Positions 57,365-64,000 of a stretch of DNA of 64,000 nt are shown piece after piece. Below the pieces are notes generated by a model. That model saw nothing but the letters and a program-made list of their open reading frames with translations, was not told the origin of the DNA and ran no database searches. Source of the DNA: Alphaproteobacteria bacterium. GTDB taxonomy: Bacteria; Pseudomonadota; Alphaproteobacteria; SMXQ01. A program made the position numbers and the translations under genes. Position 1 is the stretch's first letter, and each line of letters opens with the position of its first letter. The stretch covers positions 391,354-455,353 of the forward strand of contig JBKBHI010000001.1 of NCBI GenBank assembly GCA_046297835.1, given 5' to 3'.

Positions 57365-57397
57365 GGCGCGACGCTCCCCGAAACCGCTGTTTTATGA

Positions 57398-59053
<1,656 letters not shown>

Positions 59054-59102
59054 TCCGCTTTCCCTCGCGCGGTCGGGCCCAGTTGAAAGAGACCCGCCGC
59101 TT

Positions 59103-60662
59103 ATGTCCGCCGCCTCCAGCGAAGCTCTCCTCATCCTCGATTTCGGGTCGCAAGTGACCCAGCTCATCGCGCGCCGCGTGCGCGAATCGGGCGTCTATTG
59201 CGAGGTCGCGCCCTTCAACAAGGGCGAGGAGGCCGTCAACAAGCTCAAGCCCAAGGCGATCATCCTGTCGGGCGGCCCGGCCTCCGTCACCAAGATAGGC
59301 ACGCCGCGCGCGCCCGACAGCGTGTTCGCGCTCGGCGTGCCGGTGCTCGGCATCTGCTACGGCGAGCAGACCATGGTGGCGCAGCTCGGCGGCAAGGTCG
59401 AAAGCGGCCACCACCGCGAGTTCGGCCGCGCCCATATCGACGTCAAGACCGACTCGCCGCTGTTCGCCGGCCTGGCCAAGGCGGGCGCGCGCGAGGAAGT
59501 CTGGATGAGCCACGGCGACCGCGTCGTGTCGCTGCCCGCCGGCTTCGAGGTCGTCGCCACCAGCGAGGGCGCGCCCTTCGCCGCCATCGCCGACGAGGCG
59601 CGCAAGTTCTACGGCGTGCAGTTCCACCCCGAGGTGGTGCACACGCCGCGCGGCGCGCAGCTGCTGCGGAATTTCACCCACGGCATCGCCGGCCTGTCGG
59701 GCCAGTGGACCATGGCGGCCTTCCGCGCCCAGGCGGTCGAGCGCATCCGCAAGCAGGTTGGTAAGGGCAAGGTGATCTGCGGCCTGTCCGGCGGCGTCGA
59801 TAGCTCCGTCGCGGCCGTGCTGATCCACGAGGCCATCGGCGACCAGCTCACCTGCGTCTTCGTCGACACCGGCCTGATGCGCGCCGGCGAGGGCGAGGAG
59901 GTCGTGAAGATGTTCCGCGACCATTACAACATGCCGCTGATCCACAACGACGCGAGCGATCTGTTCCTCGGCAAGCTCGCCGGCGTGGCCGACCCCGAGC
60001 ATAAGCGCAAGATCATCGGCGCGACCTTCATCGACGTGTTCGAGGCCGAGGCCAAGAAGGTCGGCGGCGCGGAATTCCTGGCGCAGGGCACGCTCTACCC
60101 GGACGTGATCGAGTCCGTCTCCTTCGCCGGCGGCACGAACGTCACCATCAAGTCGCACCACAATGTCGGCGGCCTGCCGGCGCGCATGAACATGAAGCTG
60201 GTCGAGCCGTTGCGCGACCTGTTCAAGGACGAGGTGCGCGCATTGGGTCGCGAGATGGGCATGCCCGAAACGCTGGTCGGCCGCCACCCGTTCCCGGGCC
60301 CGGGCCTCGCCATCCGCGTGCCGGGCGACATCACCCGCGAGAAGCTCGACCTGCTCCGCAAGGCCGACACGATCTATCTCGACGAGATCCGCAAGGCCGG
60401 CCTCTACGACACGATCTGGCAAGCTTTCGCCGTGCTGCTGCCGGTCCGCACCGTCGGCGTCATGGGTGACGAGCGCAGCTACGACTACGCCCTGGCCCTG
60501 CGCGCCGTGACCTCGACCGACGGCATGACGGCGGACTACTACCCGTTCGAGCACAGCTTCCTCGGCCGCGTCGCCAACCGCATCATCAACGAAGTGCGCG
60601 GCATCAACCGCGTCACCTACGACATCACCAGCAAGCCGCCGGGCACGATCGAGTGGGAGTGA
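59103..60662 (+). CDS. guaA: GMP synthase (glutamine-hydrolysing)
   Basis: GATase domain (GICYGEQ, H...E). ATP-PPase SGGVDSSV. C-terminal dimerisation domain ending ...PPGTIEWE. Confidence 0.9.
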   Translation: MSAASSEALLILDFGSQVTQLIARRVRESGVYCEVAPFNKGEEAVNKLKPKAIILSGGPASVTKIGTPRAPDSVFALGVPVLGICYGEQTMVAQLGGKVESGHHREFGRAHIDVKTDSPLFAGLAKAGAREEVWMSHGDRVVSLPAGFEVVATSEGAPFAAIADEARKFYGVQFHPEVVHTPRGAQLLRNFTHGIAGLSGQWTMAAFRAQAVERIRKQVGKGKVICGLSGGVDSSVAAVLIHEAIGDQLTCVFVDTGLMRAGEGEEVVKMFRDHYNMPLIHNDASDLFLGKLAGVADPEHKRKIIGATFIDVFEAEAKKVGGAEFLAQGTLYPDVIESVSFAGGTNVTIKSHHNVGGLPARMNMKLVEPLRDLFKDEVRALGREMGMPETLVGRHPFPGPGLAIRVPGDITREKLDLLRKADTIYLDEIRKAGLYDTIWQAFAVLLPVRTVGVMGDERSYDYALALRAVTSTDGMTADYYPFEHSFLGRVANRIINEVRGINRVTYDITSKPPGTIEWE

Positions 60663-60767
60663 GCGACCTTTCGGCATTTAAATAAGTGCTGAAGACATTC
60701 TAAAATCGCCAGTATTATTACAAATACGTCTCCAGCTTCATCGACAACTCGATTGATCTGATAGCCG

Positions 60768-61907
60768 ATGGCCGAGCAAATTCCCATAACTCCAGCGCTT
60801 CTCACTTGGGCGCGTGAGCGTGCCGGCTTGAGCCCAGATGAAGCCGCACAAAAGTTTAAGCGCTTTGCCGACTGGGAGGCTGGGATATCATTTCCAACAT
60901 ATTCCCAGCTTGAGCAAATCTCTGACACGCTGAAGGTACCAATTGCGGTTTTTTTCTTTCCAGAACCGCCTCAAGTACCGCCTATCGCTGAAACATTCCG
61001 TACTTTGCCCGATGCCGAATTGGCTTTGTTGCCAAGTCGGCTTCGTATGCTGCTTCGCAAGGCGAAGGCTATGCAACTTAATCTGTGGGAATTAACACAA
61101 GGTCGCAATCCGGCAGAAAAACTTATTACTCGTGATTTGGCTTTCCCGGCTGAAGTTGACATCGCGACTATGGCCTCTGCCGTACGCGACTATATCGGTG
61201 TGTCAGTTGCTGATCAGAGGCGCTGGGGAGATGACGAAACTGCGCTTAAGCAGTGGCGGGCGGCTTTGTCGAAAGTCGGAGTTTTTGTATTTAAAGACGC
61301 ATTTAGAGTTGATGATTTTTCGGGTTTTTGCCTCTATGACGAAGTCTTTCCTATAATTTATGTAAATAATAGCTGCGCTAAAACACGCCAGATATTTACT
61401 TACTTTCACGAACTCGCTCATTTGATTTTTCATACGAGCGGTATCGATACGATTCACGATTCCTACATCCCGCGCCTTGAGCAAGGCGCTCGGCGAATAG
61501 AGGTTTTATGTAATAGTTTTGCTGCTCACTTTTTGCTTCCGGAGCAAGAATTTGCGGCTGCGGTTGTTGGACTCGAAGCTTCAGAAGCTACGGCAGAGCG
61601 CCTCGCGGCACAGTTTCATGTTAGCCGTGAAGTGATATTCCGCCGTTTCTTGGATCAGGGCCGAATACAGCAACAGCAATATGCGGCTGCGGTAGCTAGG
61701 TGGAATGAGCAGCGCAAAGGCGGTGGTGGGCCAGGTGGGGACCATTATTGGACCCAGTTAACTTATCTTGGGCGCGACTATGTATCGCTTGCTTTGCGGC
61801 AGTTTCATCAAAATCGAATCGATGAAAATCAGCTTGCAGATTACCTTAATGAAAAGCCGAAAAACGTCGGCGTGCTTGAAGAATACTTCGAGCGAGGTAA
61901 CGCATAA
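60768..61907 (+). CDS. HTH (XRE) plus ImmA/IrrE-family metallopeptidase regulator
   Basis: N-terminal HTH-like region, HEXXH (YFHELAHLIFH) and a conserved downstream Glu. Stop overlaps the next gene's start. Confidence 0.75.
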   Translation: MAEQIPITPALLTWARERAGLSPDEAAQKFKRFADWEAGISFPTYSQLEQISDTLKVPIAVFFFPEPPQVPPIAETFRTLPDAELALLPSRLRMLLRKAKAMQLNLWELTQGRNPAEKLITRDLAFPAEVDIATMASAVRDYIGVSVADQRRWGDDETALKQWRAALSKVGVFVFKDAFRVDDFSGFCLYDEVFPIIYVNNSCAKTRQIFTYFHELAHLIFHTSGIDTIHDSYIPRLEQGARRIEVLCNSFAAHFLLPEQEFAAAVVGLEASEATAERLAAQFHVSREVIFRRFLDQGRIQQQQYAAAVARWNEQRKGGGGPGGDHYWTQLTYLGRDYVSLALRQFHQNRIDENQLADYLNEKPKNVGVLEEYFERGNA

Positions 61908-62374
61908 TGTACGTTTTCGACACTGCGCCTCTCTCCACGCTATTTAAAAACTATTACCGCAATCGCTTCCCCACTTTGTGGGAGCGCTTTGACGCATTGA
62001 TTGATGAAGGGCACATTGTCTCTACGCGAGAAGTTTTGCGCGAGGTGAGAGACGGTGCTGTGGAAAGTTTGCGTCTGTGGGCCGTGGATAAGCAGGAGTT
62101 ATTTTTTACTCCGACGGCAGCAGAGGCTGCCTTTATCGCGGGTATTTATGGCGTCGCGCATTTTCAACAAAACATCGAACAGAAAAAATTGCTTAAAGGC
62201 GGCCGCAACGCAGATCCTTTTGTAATAGCTAAAGCGGCAACAGAAGGGCGTGCTGTGGTTACAATGGAATTGTTTAAACAGAACGGCGTAAAAATCCCTA
62301 ATATCTGTGGGCACTTCGGAGTTCCCTGCTTAACCTTGGAAGCATTCATGGAGCAGGAAGGTTGGGCCTTTTAG
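61907..62374 (+). CDS. DUF4411-family (PIN-like) protein
   Basis: The start MYVFDTAPLSTLFKNYY and the size fit DUF4411. It is the usual partner of ImmA/IrrE-HTH proteins. Confidence 0.65.
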   Translation: MYVFDTAPLSTLFKNYYRNRFPTLWERFDALIDEGHIVSTREVLREVRDGAVESLRLWAVDKQELFFTPTAAEAAFIAGIYGVAHFQQNIEQKKLLKGGRNADPFVIAKAATEGRAVVTMELFKQNGVKIPNICGHFGVPCLTLEAFMEQEGWAF

Positions 62375-62576
62375 GCTAATACTTCATCCTAGCGCCTTCT
62401 CGTTGTTCCCCTGCCGTAGCAGGAGCGATCTTTACAGTTGGCCTTCCAAGCCAGCACGTTCGCACCCTCTGGCATTTCCAGGCTCCCAAGTGCATTGCTG
62501 TTGCCGCATCGATATGGCGCGGCGCGCACAATCTGACTATAAGCACGTCGCATATTTCATTCGCGCCCGGACCTCA

Positions 62577-64000
62577 TGATTCGCCTCGATAACATCAGTA
62601 AGCAGAACGGCCATCAGATCCTGTTCATCGAAGCGTCGATGGGGCTGCAGCGGGGCGAGAAGGTGGGGCTGGTCGGGCCCAATGGCGCGGGCAAGACGAC
62701 GCTGTTCCGCATGATCAACGGCGAGGAGCCGCCCGACGACGGCCAGGTGTCGATCGATCCCGGCATCACCATCGGCTATTTCAGCCAGTACGTCGGCGAG
62801 ATGTCGGGCCAGAGCGCCGTCATGGCGGTGATGGACGGCGTCGGGCCGGTGAGCGCGCTCGCCGCCGAGATGGCCCAGCTCGAAGCCGCGATGGTCGATC
62901 CCGATCAGGCGGGCGAGATGGATGCCATCGTCGAGCGCTATGGCGAGGTGCAGGGCCGCTTCGAGGAATTGGACGGCTACGCGCTGGACGCGCGCGCCCG
63001 CGAGGTTTTGGCGGGCCTCAGCTTCAGCCAGGAGCGCATGGACGGCGACGTCGGCCTGCTCTCGGGCGGCTGGAAGATGCGCGTGGCGCTCGCCCGCATC
63101 CTCTTGATGCGCCCCGACGCCATGCTGCTCGACGAACCGAGCAACCATTTGGACCTCGAAAGCCTGATTTGGCTCGAAGCCTTCCTCAAGAACTATGAGG
63201 GCGCGCTGCTGATGACCTCGCATGACCGCGAGTTCATGAACCGCATCGTCGGCAAGGTCGTCGAGATCGACGGCGGCTCGCTCACGACCTATTCGGGAAA
63301 TTACGATTTCTACATGCAGCAGCGCGCGCTCGCCGAGAAGCAGCAGCAGGCGCAGTTCGAGCGCCAGCAGGCGATGCTCGCCAAGGAGATCAAGTTCATC
63401 GAGCGCTTCAAGGCGCGCGCCTCCCACGCCGCCCAGGTGCAGAGCCGCGTCAAGAAGCTCGACAAGATCGAGCGCGTCGAGCCGCCGCGCCGCCGCCAGT
63501 CGGTGCAGTTCGAGTTTCGCTCGCCGCCGCGCTCGGGCGACGACGTCGCGCACTTCAAGAACATCCATAAGTCCTACGGCAGCCAGCCGATCTATGCCGG
63601 GCTCGACTTCATGGTGCGCCGCAAGGAGCGCTGGTGCGTGCTCGGCGTCAACGGCGCGGGCAAATCGACGCTCCTGAAACTGGCGGCCGGCGCGATCGAG
63701 CCGGACGAAGGCAATGTCGCCGTCGGCGCCAACGTCCGCATGGGCTATTTCGCCCAGCATTCGATGGACCTGCTGGACGGCGACGACACCGTGTTCGAGA
63801 CGCTCGACAAGTCGTTCCCGCAGGCCGGGCAGGGCGCGCTGCGCTCGCTCGCCGGCTGCTTCGGTTTCTCCGGCGACGATGTCGAGAAGCCCTGCCGGGT
63901 TTTGTCCGGCGGCGAGAAGGCGCGTCTCGTCATGGCCAAGATGCTGTTCGATCCGCCCAACTTCCTGGTGCTCGACGAGCCGACCAACCACTTGGACATG
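62577..64000 (+). CDS. ABC-F family ATPase (partial, runs off the window)
   Basis: Manual translation from ATG 62577: MIRLDNISKQ...GPNGAGKTTLFRM...LSGGWKMRVALARIL...LLDEPSNHLD, followed by a second Walker A (GVNGAGKSTLLKL). No stop before the window end. Not in the ORF track because it is open-ended. Confidence 0.8.

Larger units (their letters stand above)
60663..62576. mobile_element. small AT-rich accessory islet between guaA and the ABC-F gene
   Basis: Composition is visibly AT-richer than both flanking core genes. Contains only the HTH-ImmA/IrrE plus DUF4411 pair. Confidence 0.45.

Noticed and set aside
62537-63991. 484-aa minus-strand ORF
   Set aside because: The plus-strand frame from ATG 62577 encodes a textbook ABC-F ATPase (two Walker A motifs, LSGG signature) with no stop to the window end. 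The minus-strand ORF is its shadow.

Overview
This is a high-GC chromosomal segment that looks alphaproteobacterial (Rhizobiales / methanotroph-like) by eye. No composition statistics were computed.

The left end (1-15.8 kb) carries housekeeping genes:
- a cupin gene, a DUF72 gene, recQ and a ychJ-like gene
- an alternative cytochrome c oxidase cluster: coxII, a fused coxI/III, a CtaG-like assembly factor and a HemJ-like membrane protein
- a three-subunit GMC flavoprotein dehydrogenase (Tat small subunit, FAD subunit, tri-haem cytochrome c)
- a Bug/TctC-type binding protein and a TauD/TfdA dioxygenase

The right end, after a tRNA-Gln(CUG) at 53394-53467 (-), carries ppx/gppA, rlmE, a host-attachment-protein gene, an MFS transporter, guaB, guaA and a partial ABC-F ATPase.

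Between about 15.85 kb and the tRNA lies a composite accessory region of roughly 37 kb.

Module A (about 16.1-43.4 kb) is a metal-resistance island:
- CpxP-like, Crp/Fnr, a Met/His-repeat secreted protein, cusBA and a cytochrome c
- copZ and a copA P1B-1 ATPase driven by back-to-back CueR-type promoters
- copRS and a cupredoxin / pcoA / pcoB operon, both preceded by an identical TGTAACA direct-repeat box
- a pbr-like module: a MerR regulator, a P1B-2 ATPase with a tandemly duplicated HMA domain, and lspA
- PCu(A)C, Sco1, DsbB/DsbA-like proteins and uppP
- DUF2924 plus a large serine recombinase at the right end

Module B (about 43.5-53.4 kb) is visibly AT-richer and begins at a 16-nt poly-G tract. 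It contains:
- a HigB / HTH-ImmA toxin-antitoxin pair sharing a divergent promoter with two copies of a GCTCCC-N5-GGGAGC palindrome
- a tightly overlapped three-gene operon (unknown Rossmann-like protein, Nmad2-like protein, MazG-like N-domain fusion) plus a convergent 364-aa unknown protein; this is the best candidate for an undescribed nucleotide-modification or defence system
- a 5'-truncated, frameshifted umuC remnant, a ParB-domain DNA methyltransferase, XRE-family regulators and a DUF5681-like protein

A second small AT-rich islet (HTH-ImmA/IrrE plus DUF4411) sits between guaA and the ABC-F gene. No CRISPR array, rRNA or tyrosine integrase was seen.
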